Source: Felis catus (taxonomy: Eukaryota). Taken from it: a DNA stretch of 64,000 bases. Both the position numbers and the translations under genes were made by a program. The stretch is taken from assembly GCF_018350175.1 (NCBI RefSeq), contig NC_058368.1:135472001-135536000 (forward strand), read 5' to 3'. Under the pieces are notes generated by a model. It did no database searches, had not been told where the DNA came from, and was given only the letters and a program-made list of their open reading frames with translations. Below, piece after piece: positions 63,690 to 64,000 of the stretch. The first letter of the stretch is position 1. The number at the start of each line of letters is the position of its first letter.

Positions 63690-63896
63690 GGTTTTTTTAA
63701 TGTTTATTCATTTTTGAGAGAGAGAGAGAGAGACAGAGAGCAACTGGGGGAGGGGCAGAAAGAGGGAGATAGAATTCGAGGCAGGCTCCAGGCTCTGAGC
63801 TGTCAACACAGAGCTGACACGGGGCTCCAACTCGTGAACGACGAGATAATGACTGGAGCAGAAGTCCAACACTTGACTGAGTCACCCAGGTGCCCC
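63690..63896 (-). mobile_element. Can-SINE
   Basis: Reverse body; aaataaaccattaattt repeated on both sides. Confidence 0.93.
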
Positions 63897-64000
63897 ATAA
63901 ATAAACCATTAATTTGGAGGCAAGAATCTTTACAGGAGCAGGACCAGCTTCATGGGCTTATGACCTATGCAATTGCACAGGATCCCTAGGCTTAGAAGGG

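Overview
Mammalian non-coding DNA from a cat-family (Felidae) genome, judged from about 45 felid-type Can-SINEs (four from a very young CpG-rich subfamily) and carnivore/felid L1s. I found no recognisable host protein-coding exon, RNA gene or CRISPR array. All long ORFs are L1 ORF2 remnants, SINE read-throughs or chance. The window is dominated by transposon fossils: a ~10 kb layered L1 nest (36-45.8 kb), a Tigger1 split by an L1 that itself carries four SINEs (51.2-55.2 kb), two solo LTRs, hAT/Tigger MITEs, MIR and L2. Every L1 I could orient is on the + strand, which suggests an intron of a - strand transcription unit, and several - strand exon-like segments are present. The best sequence-supported oddities are an L1 with a mutated poly(A) signal carrying a short 3' transduction (45.7 kb), an L1 with a ~600 bp internal deletion sealed by a perfected hairpin (59.5 kb), a tail-less young SINE apparently primed by microhomology (56.7 kb), and an 18-bp perfect palindrome next to direct repeats (26.0 kb). 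I did not find convincing evidence of a new biological system. Repeat family names come from recalled consensus sequences, not a database search, and boundaries are approximate unless TSDs are quoted.
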